Source: Octopus sinensis
Lineage: Eukaryota
NCBI RefSeq assembly: GCF_006345805.1
Contig: NC_042997.1
Span: forward strand, 49,662,001 to 49,726,000
Length of the DNA stretch: 64,000 bases
Direction of reading: 5' to 3'
Position numbers and translations under genes: made by a program. Shown one piece after another: positions 63,176-64,000 of this stretch; the first letter of the stretch is position 1; the number at the start of each line of letters is the position of its first letter. The notes under the pieces are model-generated. The model saw only the letters and a list, made by a program, of their open reading frames with translations. It did no database searches and was not told the DNA's origin.

Positions 63176-64000
63176 TAAATACAAAAATACAAAAATAGGA
63201 CAAGAATGCAAAACATCCAGACAGACGATACAAAGAAAACAAGAACGGGTCATTCGGAGCTTTCTATGATTATCTTTGCAATTTATGCTGGTTATACTCG
63301 AGGTTGCTCCAATCTGGCCAGCCCCAAGGAAAACCTAAGCTAAGAGCATTAGATTCCTTGGAAGAAAGCAGCGAATGTATAAGAAAACAAAGACGGAAAA
63401 AACAGAGAATATTACACAAATACAAATGCAAATAACAGCACATAACAACAGGTGTCTTTCGACTAAGGACGATTTAAATTAAACTGGCGTGTGTGGAAGT
63501 AAAGCCTTACGGCAGGGACATGGTATTTGGCAGGTACAGGGAAATATATAAATGTTGCACGGATGGTAGTCGAATCAAGAAAGAAAGGTCGGTTATTTTG
63601 TTCCATACGTGTAGAAATACAGAAAAAAATAGAAGTTGAAAATGCACAGAGAATAGTTCAAATGTTTTTTATTAATTTATTTAAAGCTTTTACAGGTTTC
63701 ACGGTTAACACTGATTTTCAAAAAGTTCAAATAGAAAGACGTGGCTTATGTTACACTATCCTTGCTTCTGACTAGTATGTGAAGCTTGCCCTATTTCTAT
63801 AGGGGGTTCATAGCTCAAATTAGTATATGCTTCGAATAGGATTTGATTATTAAAGGATAGTAACATGACTTGTCTTAAAAATCTTTTGTAGGTTCCCCGC
63901 TAGGTGAAATGACAATGTTTGGTGTCGTAAGTTAAGGCTGACACAGTTGACTGAACATGTCCACACAGTTAATGCACCGAATGTTTTCTGTCAACAGTTT

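Noticed and set aside
63170-63520. Possible additional Penelope-associated repeat
   Set aside because: Seems familiar from memory, but there is no second copy, ORF or hammerhead core in this window to support it.

Overview
Eukaryotic, AT-rich, repeat-dominated genomic DNA, most likely an octopus (coleoid cephalopod) intronic/intergenic region. The species call rests on my recollection of octopus SINE families plus extreme microsatellite density; no search was run. There is no intact long CDS, rRNA, true tRNA or CRISPR array, and almost all long ORFs in the track are translations of microsatellites. Contents: about 40 tRNA-derived SINE copies (my labels A, B, C); a Penelope-like element with a GIY-YIG remnant and inverted terminal segments; several restriction-like-endonuclease (RLE) non-LTR remnants; a TSD-flanked RTE-derived non-autonomous element; CR1/Jockey-like relics; mariner, Tc1-like and pogo remnants; Helitron-like non-autonomous units, four of which form a quasi-palindrome; a foldback element. 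Best leads: (1) minimal hammerhead-ribozyme folds, one with a compensatory U3:A8 core, tied to Penelope-type sequences; (2) a pseudoknot-capable 5' leader on the RTE-derived element; (3) SINE concatemers each inside a single TSD; (4) a few minus-strand exon candidates, two loosely DEG/ENaC-like, which I could not join into one consistent spliced ORF. I did not find a system I can assert is undescribed; these are candidates to test.
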